A program made the translations under genes and the position numbers. Shown piece after piece: positions 49,501-62,130 of a stretch of DNA of 64,000 nucleotides. This DNA is from Macrostomum lignano (taxonomy: Eukaryota), in assembly GCA_002269645.1 (NCBI GenBank), contig NIVC01000525.1, positions 248,001 to 312,000 on the forward strand. The letters are read 5' to 3'. The notes under the pieces are model-generated. The model was not told the DNA's origin. It saw only the letters and a list, made by a program, of their open reading frames with translations, and searched no databases. Each line of letters opens with the position of its first letter. Positions within the stretch are counted from its first letter, which is position 1.

Positions 49501-52034
49501 AAAAATATATCATGTGCTTATTCAATGAAACTACAAGTAAAACCATAATAGTTGATTGATAAATAAAGTAAATTATAGAAAATCTATATTATATAAATTG
49601 GATTGCATACTTTATCCTACCTGGCATTTGGCTACTCTATATCAAATTCTTTGTTCCAATTGTTTTGCAATTGTGTTGCTTTTCCTAGAAATATAGGAAT
49701 TTTGTCTTTTTTATATTTGGAAAAATCATATGTGGTGATATTCATATTGATAATTGCTTTGATTCTAGTGCTATATAAGACTAGGGTTCACTTCCTTTGG
49801 TCAATTGAATGTTGCTAGCTCCAACCCATTTGCTATACTATTCTGGGTTCTTACTAGACTTATCTATCAAATTAATATAGTAGAACTATTATAATACATT
49901 AAGGGTGCAACTAAGCATATATTTTGCCAAAATTCAAAGCTATCCCCTTTGCTTGCCCCTTGTACCTTTGATCTTTTCCTTTAAGAATATGCCCTACCTC
50001 AAAAATTTCTTGTTGTGTTAATGCACTTTTGTTGCTATAGACTGCAAATTGGCCAGGTCTAGCCAAAATTTCAAAAAACTTTTTGTACTCAAGCTTTTAT
50101 AAAAACTTTCTTATCAAAGCTTATATATAAGCTTCCTGCTTTAAAATTTAGACTAGACCATGTGATTAGAGTCTCATATGCACTTGAAACAAAATGAATC
50201 CTTGGATATTGGCAGATATGATCTAGCAGTGGTAGATATACTAAAGTATATTTTATTATGCATAAATGTATTTTTTATCTACAAGTATGAATGTCCAAGG
50301 TAAATGCTCTTCAAGCTCTTTCCTTATTCTTATTCCTATTCCATATTCCATATCCATATTTTTGCAGCCAAATTTGTTGCATTAGTATTCAATTAATAAA
50401 CAAATTAAGTAAAAATAGCAAACAATAAGTTTTGCATAAAAAGAGTTAAAAGTACACCATAGAAATACTATTATCAGATATTTTCATGGACTATATACAA
50501 GCATATATGGCTTTTAATTATTGTATTAAAAGAGACTGTAAAAAGTAAAAGCAAAAATACTAAATTGTGTAGCATCATAGTTCCTTTTCTTTTTTATACA
50601 AGTCTGATAATATCCTAAAGTGGTATTATATAATATTGATTAGATAATCTTGATAATCCTAATCTTGATAACCTTTATTAGATCATCTTCCCTAGGATTA
50701 TAATGCTAAATATTCAGTGTCTCTATAGCAAAAATTACTTGGTACTTAAAATTTCGTGATGAGCTGTTCATCTGGTCTCAGCTGCTCCAACTAATGAGCT
50801 TCTTAGTAATTTACCTCCCTATTATACTGCATTATTTAAAAGTACATGTTGGACTTAGCCTTAACTCCTATTGAAACTTGCTGAACTGCTCTGTAGAAAT
50901 GGGATTCGCTTCTCTAATATTCGAGGCTGGGTCTTTGTGCTGCCAAAAACTTACTGTCAAAGAGATTTTTCACGAGTGTTGCCAGCTGAACATTCTTGCC
51001 TTCAAAGTATCCACTAGAAGCTTTAACTGTCTTGTCAGCGTATTTAACACCTGAATCTCAGCTGCACACTTGTCCATCGACAGCTGCTCAGCAAGATTAG
51101 CCTGTCTGCAGAGTGAATTTTTCCTCTGCTGATTCAGAATGGCAGCGTCCGCAAATGGTGACTAGATTGGCAGAAAAACGTTTCAGTATTCCAGCGTCCA
51201 TATCATGCAAGAGCTGTCGGCACTTTTAATCAGATGGGCAGTAGGTCGACGCGCATCTTTAAAGTCATTTTTAGACAGCAGCTGTCAACATATGCGTTTT
51301 TGTGAATTTTTTTGCAAGTCTTTTATACGATTTACACTTGCACTACTCAAACCTGGAGTAAATTTCACTTGGCTACTCAACAAATTGAAATTGGCACAGT
51401 GAAAGCTTCAATGGGCTGTGAGCACCTATCAAAGTTAATAATTAATTCAAATTAGTCTTGCTAATGTTAGCACAAATTGAAAAGTAGAAGATGTACATCT
51501 ATGTGGGTGACTGGTCTAATTGATATTAGTTTGTCTAATGCTGTTGTGTCACTCAGTCTACTCTATTTGTTAAATAATTCATTTCCCATAAAACTGATTG
51601 CATACGTTGATTAAATCGCGATTATTTATGACTCAGCTCACAAAATGCTCATGCAAAATTCTGATAAAAATTTAATTAACTTACAAGCTGATTTTATTTC
51701 TTGTGTGATCAGAAATGTTCAAACGCTAAATACAATAATCAATCTCTTTAATTGAATATTTGAAACGCACTGGCTAGTTATAATTAAATGGATTCGAATT
51801 GCAGCTTAGCACACGCTAAGCAGGCTGCTAAATTTTCTGGATTTCCTGTTAGTTTGAGCATCAATCACTCTCTGTGCGGCGGCAATTTCCTTATATGCCT
51901 CTCCTCTTCCCCCCTGTGTCCTATAAATATTGAGTTAGTTGCTAGGGACAGGTGCTTAGCTAATAGCTTAGTTCGCACACCTTGTCACCTGCATGCAACT
52001 GTTTTTCTTCTTTCTGAAGCAATTTCATAGAATA

Positions 52035-52400
52035 ATGCATACTGAGGAGCAGACGCCACCAGCCGGCATAGCCAACTCTAGCAATGGCCATAGCAACGGC
52101 CCTAGCAACGGCGTCAGCAACAATAAAAACAACGGCGTTAAAAAGCATCGAAAGCAACAACAGAGAAAAAAGAAGCAACAACAGCAACAGTGCCGAGTGT
52201 GCCACAGGCGCGCATCTGGGCATCACTATGGCGCGCTGACCTGCGAAGCTTGCAAAGCGTTCTTTAAGCGCACTGTGAACTCCTGCCTGACCTACTTCTG
52301 CCCGGTGCAGCGCTCCGGCTCCCGCTGCCCGGTGCGCGTGCCCAACAAGCGGCAGTGCCCTGCCTGCCGGTGGAAGCGCTGTCTCGAGGCCTCTATGCAG
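52035..52400 (+). CDS. ERR: Estrogen-related receptor-like nuclear receptor (NR3B), exon 1: DNA-binding domain
   Basis: C4 zinc fingers with P-box CEACKAFFKRT (ERR type); CAG|GTTCGA donor. Confidence 0.85.
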
Positions 52401-52477
52401 GTTCGAGTCTGATATTCGCATATTTCTCAGTAGTGTACTTCTCGTATAGTGTACGAGAATCAGGATTTTCTTAGTGG

Positions 52478-53176
52478 TGTATTAGGATTTCAAAATCGGT
52501 GTGTTAGGATTTCAAAATTGGTGTATTAGGATTTCAAAATCGGTGTATTAGGATTTCAAAATTGGTGTATTAGGATTTCAAAATCGGTGTGTTAGAATTT
52601 CAAAATCGGTGTATTAGGATTTCAAAATTGGTGTATTAGGATTTCAAAATCGGTGTGTTAGAATTTCAAAATCGGTGTGTTAGAATTTCAAAATCGGTGT
52701 ATTAGGATTTCAAAATTGGTGTATTAGGATTTCAAAATCGGTGTGTTAGAATTTCAAAATCGGTGTATTAGGATTTCAAAATTGGTGTATTAGGATTTCA
52801 AAATCGGTGTGTTAGAATTTAAAAATCGGTGTGTTAGAATTTCAAAATTGGTGTATTAGGATTTCAAAATCGGTGTGTTAGGATTTCAAAATCGGTGTGT
52901 TAGAATTTAAAAATCGGTGTGTTAGAATTTCAAAATTGGTGTATTAGGATTTCAAAATCGGTGTGTTAGGATTTCAAAATCGGTGTGTTAGAATTTCAAA
53001 ATCGGTGTATTAGGATTTCAAAATCGGTGTATTAGGATTTCAAAATCGGTGTGTTAGAATTTAAAAATCGGTGTGTTAGAATTTCAAAATTGGTGTATTA
53101 GGATTTCAAAATCGGTGTGTTAGGATTTCAAAATTGTTGTATTAGGATTTCAAAATCGGTGTATTAGGATTTCAAA
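52478..53176. repeat. 22-bp minisatellite (GTGTATTAGGATTTCAAAATCG), intron 1 of the ERR-like gene
   Basis: Direct. Confidence 0.95.
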
Positions 53177-53203
53177 AGCGGCATTTCAAATAAAAATTGG
53201 CAG

Positions 53204-53740
53204 ATCCGTCTTGTCCGCTCTGCATCGCCCGTCCAGCAGCCGGTTGTCGGCAGCCAGAGAGACGCCGAGTCAACCAACCAGCTGCCGCCTTTGCTGCCAT
53301 CGTCAGTGATCACCGCGCCAGCCGACAACGCAGCCTCCAACGGCGCGAACTCAAGTGCCAGCAACGCGGCGTTTTCAATGGCTTCCCGCCAGCCGCCAGC
53401 GTACATCCAGCAGCTGATAGCCGAGTCGGCCGCCAAGGAGTCGGAGGCGGCTGCCGCGCTGGCTGCCGCCGCTGAAGCCGGCCTAGGCAGAGAAATTGTT
53501 CAGCAGCTGCGCTGCACCTGCATCGACGAGCTGGTGAGCGACATCGACATGTCGGACTCCAGCCTAGCCGGCGTAGCCAGCCAATCAGAGCGGCACGCCT
53601 TGCTGTTGGGCATCTGCTTCAACAAGCACGCCAACGATCTGGTGGCTTTTGCCAAGCATTTGACCGGATTCGCTGCCCTGCCGATGCCAGATCGGGTACA
53701 GATGCTGCAGCTGCGCTGGCTTAACCTGGTCGCTTGGCAG
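53204..53740 (+). CDS. ERR: ERR-like exon 2: hinge and LBD helices 1-5
   Basis: ggcag acceptor and CAG|GTGAGA donor; FAKHLTGFAALPMPDRVQMLQLRW nuclear-receptor signature. Confidence 0.85.
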
Positions 53741-53834
53741 GTGAGACCTTGGCTGCGTGGGAGGGGATTAGTACTTTGCGGACTGCTGTAAATTAGGAAT
53801 CTGTTAGAATGACACTTGAGCAAGTTTGAGTCTC

Positions 53835-55134
53835 GAGAATCACGATTTGAGCAAGATAAAGAATGGAACAGAGTGAGCACTGAGCAAGATTAAGAATGGA
53901 ACAGAGTGAGCACTGAGCAAGATTAAGAGTGGAACAGAGTGAGCACTGAGCAAGATTAAGAATGGAACAGAGTGAGCACTGAGCAGGATTAAGAGTGGAA
54001 CAGAGTGAGCACTGAGCAAGATTAAGAATGGAACAGAGTGAGCACTGAGCAAGATTCAGAATGGAACAGAGTGAGCACTGAGCAAGATTAAGAATGGAAC
54101 AGAGTGACCACTGAGCAACATTAAGAATGGAACAGAGTGAGCACTGAGCAAGATTAAGAATAGAACAGAGTGAGCACTGAGCAAGATTAAGAGTGGAACA
54201 GAGTGAGCACTGAGCAAGATTAAGAATAGAACAGACTGAGCACTGAGCAAGATTAAGAATAGAACAGAGTGAGCACTGAGCAAGATTAAGAGTGGAACAG
54301 AGTGAGCACTGAGCAAGATTAAGAATAGAACAGAGTGAGCACTGAGCAAGATTAAGAGTGGAACAGAGTGAGCACTGAGCAAGATTAAGAATGGAACAGA
54401 GTGAGCACTGAGCAAGATTAAGAATGGAACAGAGTGAGCACTGAGCAAGATTAAGAATAGAACAGAGTGAGCACTGAGCAAGATTAAGAGTGGAACAGAG
54501 TGAGCACTGAGCAAGATTAAGAATGGAACAGAGTGAGCACTGAGCAAGATTAAGAATGGAACAGAGTGAGCACTGAGCAAGATTAAGAATGGAACAGAGT
54601 GAGCACTGAGCAAGATTAAGAATAGAACAGAGTGAGCACTGAGCAAGATTAAGAGTGGAACAGAGTGAGCACTGAGCAAGATTAAGAATGGAACAGAGTG
54701 AGCACTGAGCAAGATTAAGAATGGAACAGAGTGAGCACTGAGCAAGATTAAGAATGGAACAGAGTGAGCACTGAGCAAGATTCAGAATGGAACAGAGTGA
54801 GCACTGAGCAAGATTAAGAATGGAACAGAGTGAGCACTGAGCAAGATTAAGAATGGAACAGAGTGAGCACTGAGCAAGATTAAGAATGGAACAGAGTGAG
54901 CACTGAGCAAGATTAAGAATAGAACAGAGTGAGCACTGAGCAAGATTAAGAGTGGAACAGAGTGAGCACTGAGCAAGATTAAGAATGGAACAGAGTGAGC
55001 ACTGAGCAAGATTAAGAATGGAACAGAGTGAGCACTGAGCAAGATTAAGAATGGAACAGAGTGAGCACTGAGCAAGATTCAGAATGGAACAGAGTGAGCA
55101 CTGAGCAAGATTAAGAATGGAACAGAGTGAGCAT
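53835..55134. repeat. 33-bp minisatellite (AAGATTAAGAATGGAACAGAGTGAGCACTGAGC), intron 2
   Basis: Direct; ~39 units. Confidence 0.96.
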
Positions 55135-55180
55135 TATAAGCAAAAAGCAAAAAGCCTAGCGCCTGCATTCCTCAATCCAG

Positions 55181-55750
55181 ATCGTCTATCAATCCACGCC
55201 CTACGACGGCCACCTGAAGCTGTGCCGCAATTTCTGGATTCGCGACGATGCGCCCTCCCTGTTCGCCGGCCGGATTCCCGTTAGAAGCGGCCGCCTGCTG
55301 CGCTGCTTTGCCAATTTGCTGACTCGCCTAGGCCTCACCGAGGCTGAGTTCCTACTATTGAAGGTTGTCTTTTTGTTGGAGGCGCCGCCGTCTTATAACT
55401 GGGAGGATCGGCCAGCCATTGATAGGCTACAGGAGCGCTACATTGCCGAGTTCCGTTCCGTTTGTCCCAGCGCCACCCGCCGGGCCCGTCTGCTATCGCT
55501 GGACGGCCTGCTAGAGGCTGTCCGAGTTCTCACGGTTGGCTACTGGTTGAGAGTGCTGCAGCGTACGCCATACACTCCGCCACCCTTAGTAACCGAGATG
55601 CTCACCTTCTCGTTAGGCAATGTGCCGCACGTGTCCTCAGATCTGTCCGATACTGCCCAGCCAAATCAGGCCAATCAGGATGTACAAGTTGTTACTGAGG
55701 CTTCGTCATCTGGCTGCGGCGGTCAGCTTGGGATCAATTCGATTCCGTAG
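55181..55750 (+). CDS. ERR: ERR-like exon 3: remainder of the LBD (total 490 aa)
   Basis: atccag acceptor; IVYQSTPYDGHL resembles ERR IVYRSLPYDDKL; EF.LLK; AF-2-like LVTEML. Confidence 0.85.
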   Translation: MVYQSTPYDGHLKLCRNFWIRDDAPSLFAGRIPVRSGRLLRCFANLLTRLGLTEAEFLLLKVVFLLEAPPSYNWEDRPAIDRLQERYIAEFRSVCPSATRRARLLSLDGLLEAVRVLTVGYWLRVLQRTPYTPPPLVTEMLTFSLGNVPHVSSDLSDTAQPNQANQDVQVVTEASSSGCGGQLGINSIP

Positions 55751-55814
55751 AATTTGTCTGTTCCTGTCCGCTGATACCTATTTATAGTTATCCAGATACA
55801 GATGCCCACTACAC

Positions 55815-56300
55815 AGGTACCCATCTACGGATATCCACGCATACCCATCTACGGATATCCACGCATACCCATCTACGGATATCCACGCATACCCATCTAC
55901 GGATATCCACGCATACCCATCTACGGATATCCACGCATACCCATGTACGGATATCCACGCATACCCATCTACGGATATCCACGCATACCCATCTACGGAT
56001 ATCCACGTGTACCCATCTACGGATATCCACGTGTACCCATCTACGGATGTCCACGCATACCCATCTACGGATATCCACGCATACCCATCTACGGATATCC
56101 ACGTGTACCCATCTACGGATATCTACGCATACCCATCTACGGATATCCACGCATACCCATCTACGGATATCCGCGTGTACCCATCTACGGATATCCACGC
56201 ATACCCATCTACGGATATCTACGCATACCCATGTACGGATGTCCACGCATACCCATGTACGGATATCCACGCATACCCATGTACGGATATCCACGCATAC
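55815..56300. repeat. 24-bp minisatellite (CCATCTACGGATATCCACGCATAC) just 3' of the ERR stop
   Basis: Direct. Confidence 0.95.
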
Positions 56301-57364
56301 GCATGTATAGATCTGCGTAGGTACCAACCTTTCAGGTATCCAGTTACAGTAGCCGTTCTATCTAGATGCTACATGCATGCAGAAGAATGACTCATTAAAG
56401 ATTTGATTTACTGTAGTGTGTCCAGAATTATTCCAGAATAATCAAAGCGCATCGAGTTCATGATGCTGTTTTCTGCTTAGAAATCATAATTTTAACTGCG
56501 TCTCATATTTTTTCTTTTATTACACTTAATCCCTGTAAGTCTAGTCTTTAGTTTGCCAGATGTGAAGATTAACTGGATTAACTGTGTTTAATCTGTAGCC
56601 ACACTTTGTTCACCTGCTTGGAATTGAATTTATTAAAGTGTGAGTGTTACATTATTAAAATCGTCCGCAACCGCACGGACGCCCACATACGTACAGCTAG
56701 CTCCATAATTGAAGCACCAGAGAAAACTATATTAAAAACATTTTTTGTAAGCTACTGATACTAAGTAGTATAAAACTATGGCCCTCCGGCTGTTTCAAAT
56801 TGCTTGCCAGCCCCGCTGTGTTGTCTTCTGGCGCTGATTTTATTCAATGTCAATGCTACTTGTTTCAGTAGTAAGTTATAAAAAGTATTAAATAGTTAGT
56901 GAATCATTCTTAGCGAAAAAGTGTTTGTTTATTCTGTTCTGTGGTTTAGCCTACTGAATAGTGAGTATGCATTAATTTTGTCATTAATCTGCCTTATTCA
57001 GACAGACAGTCCCAACAAATCTCTTTCCGATTTGGGCTCCGATTTAATTATTGCTTGCGTTGTACTTTTCTCTGTATTGTCTTTCCCTAATCTTTGCCCG
57101 TTTGCTCGTGTCTAAATGCTCAGACTTCTGTTCGATCCAAATTTATTAGAATTTGTTTATTAACATTGCTTATCTATTATTTTTGTTATGACCACGTACC
57201 CGGCTGTTCCAATATTCTTTCACTTTGTGCGTCGTCACGATCAGAAAATAAGAAATAAATAAAAAACCAAATGCCATTGTCAGTGATTGCTTTTTAACAA
57301 TAACAAAAATCAAATTTGTGGTTTTTTATGGAATTAGTTTCTTGCGCTGCATATCGGCCACTTT

Positions 57365-58625
57365 CTCTCGCCTCTCCCTGCTTTCTTCCCTTACCATCTC
57401 CCCTCTCCCTTCCCCTCTCATATCTCTCCTCTCTTCCCCTCTCAATCTCCCCTCTCCCTTCCCCTCTCATATCTCCCCTCTCTTCCCCTCTCATATCTCC
57501 CCTCTCCCTTCCCCTCTCATATCTCTCCCCTCTCTTCCCCTCTCATATCTCCCCTCTCTTCCCCTCTCAATCTCCCCTCTCCCTTCCCCTCTCATATCTC
57601 CCCTCTCTTCCCCTCTCATATCTCCCCTCTCTTCCCCTCTCATGTCTCCCCTCTCTCTTCCCCTCTCATATCTCCCCTCTCTTCCCCTCTCATATCTCCC
57701 CTCTCTTCCCCTCTCATATCTCTCCCTCTCTTCCCCTCTCATATCTCTCCCTCTCTTCCCCTCTCATATCTCCCCTCTCTCTTCCCCTCTCATATCTCCC
57801 CTCTCTTCCCCTCTCATATCTCCCCTCTCTTCCCCTCTCATATCTCCCCTCTCTTCCCCTCTCATATCTCCCCTCTCCCTTTCCCTCTCATATCTCTCCT
57901 CTCTTCCCCTCTCATATCTCCCCTCTCTTCCCCTCTCATATCTCCCCTCTCTTCCCCTCTCATATCTCCCCTCTCTTCCCCTCTCATGTCTCCCCTCTCC
58001 CTTCCCCTCTCATATCTCCCCTCTCCCTTTCCCTCTCATATCTCCCCTCTCCCTTTCCCTCTCATGTCTCCCCTCTCCCTTTCCCTCTCATATCTCCCTC
58101 TCCCTTTCCCTCTCATATCTCTCCTCTCTTCCCCTCTCATATCTCCCCTCTCTTCCCCTCTCATATCTCCCCTCTCTTCCCCTCTCATATCTCCCCTCTC
58201 TTCCCCTCTCATGTCTCCCCTCTCCCTTCCCCTCTCATATCTCCCCTCTCCCTTTCCCTCTCATATCTCCCCTCTCCCTTTCCCTCTCATGTCTCCCCTC
58301 TCCCTTTCCCTCTCATATCTCCCTCTCCCTTTCCCTCTCATATCTCCCCTCTCCCTTTCCCTCTCATATCTCCCCTCTCCCTTTCCCTCTCATATCTCCC
58401 CTCTCCCTTTCCCTCTCATATCTCCCCTCTCCCTTTCCCTCTCATATCTCCCCTCTCTTCCCCTCCCCTCTGCTTCAATTCTCCCTCTTCCCTCTTCCCT
58501 CCCCTCTCTTCCTTTCCCCTCTTCCCTTCCCTCTCCCTCCCTCTCTCCCTCCCATCTCTTCCTTTCCCCTCTCTTCTCTCTTCCAGTCTTCCCTCTACCT
58601 TGTTCCTCTCTCTGTTTCCCCTCTC
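57365..58625. repeat. Polypyrimidine ~24-bp repeat (CTCTCATATCTCCCCTCTCTTCCC)
   Basis: Direct. Confidence 0.95.
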
Positions 58626-59324
58626 TCTTATCCGTTGCACAACTTGTGAAACTAGCAGTATTGCATTTCTTATCCTGTACTCCACTTGGCTCTCTTGCCC
58701 AACGCATAATCATTTGTGCTGCTATGACTAACTGGCAATATAAAGTAGTGCAGAAAAGTTTCGTCTAATCCAGAAGGGACGAATTAATCGATATATCACC
58801 AATACAGTGGTGTGTGCGCTGGCTCTGGCCTGGAGAAAAATGAGCACTAAGCAAAGCTAGTGTGCATGTCTGGGTGCGTGTTTGTGCACGTGTGCTCTGG
58901 CCTGAGTAGAGCAGAGAGCTGATTTCCCTTATTTGGCCAGCTCTGAGTAGGAACTGTGTTGCTAGACTGGCTGACTGACTGTAGCTATAGACGTGGGCGA
59001 ATGAGGTGAGGGGTTTATAAGGGAGGCCTCGACGTACTTTGAAGTTCTTATACAGTTAGTCTTCTGAGCAGTATTTTGTTAATAATAAAAAGCCGCCCGA
59101 GCCATGCGCCAGTCTGTTATTATTCAGTGCAGTCAGACTTCGAGCGCTGTTTGAGACCCCTCGTGTCGCCTGTCTAGGCCTCGTACTCGTAATTACTGCT
59201 GTCTCGGGGGGGGCTCCGCTGCCTCCTCGGTCCCGTCCCACTGGCTATTAATTTCGCTGCGACACGGCCCTGCAGTTAGCCCCGAGGCTTTAAAACCGAT
59301 TTCTCGAATCATTAAATAATTCGA

Positions 59325-59406
59325 ATGTCAACTGGATTAAACCGGTTGGAGGACAAGTTTCGATTGGCGTTTGCCAGACTAGGCGAGATGCTCAACAGGT
59401 CTGACG
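59325..59406 (+). CDS. Probable first coding exon of the ebony/NRPS-like gene (MSTGLNRLEDKFRLAFARLGEMLNRSD)
   Basis: Open frame ending G|GTGAGC; phase 1 matches the acceptor at 62131. Confidence 0.55.
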
Positions 59407-59449
59407 GTGAGCCACTTTGATCCAGGATGCTTTCTCCAGCAGGGATGCT

Positions 59450-62027
59450 GGGTATTGAGGGTCAGGAGGGAATCTCAGATACTGAGGGCGGTCAGAAGGG
59501 AATCTCATGCTGGATACTGAGGCCGGTCAGGAGGGAATCTCATGCTGGATACTGAGGGCGGTCACGAGGGAATCTCATGCTGGATACTGAGGGCGGTCAG
59601 TAGTGAAACTCATGCTGGATACTGAGGGCGGTCAGTAGGGAATCTCATGCTGGATACTGAGGGCGGTCAGGAGGGAAGCTCATGCTGGATACTGAGGGCG
59701 GTCACGAGGGAATCTCATGCTGGATACTGAGGGTGGTCAGGGGGGAATCTCATGCTGGATACTGAGGGCGGTCAGGAGGGAATCTCATGCTGGATACTGA
59801 GGGCGGTCAGGAGGGAATCTCATGCTGGATACTGAGGGCGGTCAGGAGGGAATCTCATGCTGGATACTGAGGGCGGTCAGGAGGGAATCTCATGCTGGAT
59901 ACTGAGGGCGGTCAGGAGGGAATCTCATGCTGGATACTGAGGGCGGTCAGGAGGGAATCTCATGCTGGATACTGAGGGTGGTCAGGAGGGAATCTCATGC
60001 TGGATACTGAGGGTGGTCAGGAGGGAGTCTCATGTTGGATACTGAGGGTGGTCAGGAGGGAGTCTCATGCTGGATACTGAGGGCGGTCAGGAGGGAATCT
60101 GATATTAGATACTGAGGGTGGTCAGGAGGGAGTCTCATGCTGGATACTGAGGGCGGTCAGGAGGGAATCTCATGCTGGATACTGAGGGCGGTCAGTAGTG
60201 AAACTCATGCTGGATACTGAGGGCGGTCAGTAGGGAATCTCATGCTGGATACTGAGGGCGGTCAGGAGGGAAGCTCATGCTGGATACTGCAGAGGGCGGT
60301 CAGGAGGGAGTCTCATGCTGGATACTGCAGAGGGCGGTCAGGAGGGAAGCTCATGCTGGATACTGAGGGCGGTCACGAGGGAATCTCATGCTGGATACTG
60401 AGGGTGGTCAGGGGGGAATCTCATGCTGGATACTGAGGGCAGTCAGGAGGGAATCTCATGCTGGATACTGAGGGCGGTCAGGAGGGAATCTCATGCTGGA
60501 TACTGAGGGCGGTCAGGAGGGAATCTCATGCTGGATACTGAGGGCGGTCAGGAGGGAATCTCATGCTGGATACTGAGGGTAGTCAGGAGGGAATCTCATG
60601 CTGGATACTGAGGGTGGTCAGGATGGAGTCTCATGTTGGATACTGAGGGTGGTCAGGAGGGAGTCTCATGCTGGATACTGAGGGCGGTCAGGAGGGAATC
60701 TGATATTAGATACTGAGGGTGGTCAGTAGGGAATCTCATGCTGGATACTGCAGAGGGCGGTCAGGAGGGAATCTCATGCTGGATACTGAGGGTGGTCAGG
60801 AGGGAGTCTCATGCTGGATACTGAGGGCGGTCAGGAGGGAATCTGATATTAGATACTGAGGGTGGTCAGTAGGGAATCTCATGCTGGATACTGCAGAGGG
60901 CGGTCAGGAGGGAGTCTCATGCTGGATACTGCAGAGGGCGGTCAGGAGGGAAGCTCATGCTGGATACTGAAGGCGGTCACGAGGGAATCTCATGCTGGAT
61001 ACTGAGGGTGGTCAGGGGGGAATCTCATGCTGGATACTGAGGGCGGTCAGGAGGGAATCTCATGCTGGATACTGAGGGCGGTCAGGAGGGAGTCTCATGC
61101 TGGATACTGAGGGCGGTCAGGAGGGAATCTCATGCTGGATACTGAGGGTAGTCAGGAGGGAATCTCATGCTGGATACTGAGGGTGGTCAGGATGGAGTCT
61201 CATGTTGGATACTGAGGGTGGTCAGGAGGGAGTCTCATGCTGGATACTGAGGGCGGTCAGGAGGGAATCTGATATTAGATACTGAGGGTGGTCAGTAGGG
61301 AATCTCATGCTGGATACTGCAGAGGGCGGTCAGGAGGGAATCTCATGCTGGATACTGAGGGTGGTCAGGAGGGAGTCTCATGCTGGATACTGAGGGCGGT
61401 CAGGAGGGAATCTGATATTAGATACTGAGGGTGGTCAGTAGGGAATCTCATGCTGGATACTGCAGAGGGCGGTCAGGAGGGAGTCTCATGCTGGATACTG
61501 CAGAGGGCGGTCAGGAGGGAAGCTCATGCTGGATACTGAGGGCGGTCACGAGGGAATCTCATGCTGGATACTGAGGGTGGTCAGGGGGGAATCTCATGCT
61601 GGATACTGAGGGCGGTCAGGAGGGAATCTCATGCTGGATACTGAGGGCGGTCAGGAGGGAATCTCATGCTGGATACTGAGGGCGGTCAGGAGGGAATCTC
61701 ATGCTGGATACTGAGGGCGGTCAGGAGGGAATCTCATGCTGGATACTGAGGGCGGTCAGGAGGGAATCTCATGCTGGATACTGAGGGCGGTCAGGAGGGA
61801 ATCTCATGCTGGATACTGAGGGTAGTCAGGAGGGAATCTCATGCTGGATACTGAGGGTGGTCAGGAGGGAGTCTCATGCTGGATACTGAGGGCGGTCAGG
61901 AGGGAATCTGATATTAGATACTGAGGGTGGTCAGTAGGGAATCTCATGCTGGATACTGCAGAGGGCGGTCAGGAGGAGTCTCATGCTGGATACTGCAGAG
62001 GGCGGTCAGGAGGGAATCTCATGCTGG
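59450..62027. repeat. 35-bp minisatellite (CTGGATACTGAGGGCGGTCAGGAGGGAATCTCATG) with higher-order blocks
   Basis: Direct; ~70 units. Confidence 0.96.
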
Positions 62028-62130
62028 GTGTCAAGATTGAGGTGAAGCGTCCTACTGAATGAGTCAATATGGGAATCAGCGAGCTAGCAGACTGACTTCC
62101 CAAGCAACCAAATCTCACCCCCCCAAGCAG

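Noticed and set aside
50970-51161. 63-codon open frame on the minus strand (SPFADAAILNQQRK...)
   Set aside because: No recognisable homology, and it ends in TGA before the donor; better treated as a candidate UTR exon.
59011-59060. TATA-like TTTATAAG upstream of the NRPS-like gene
   Set aside because: A short motif with no TSS evidence.
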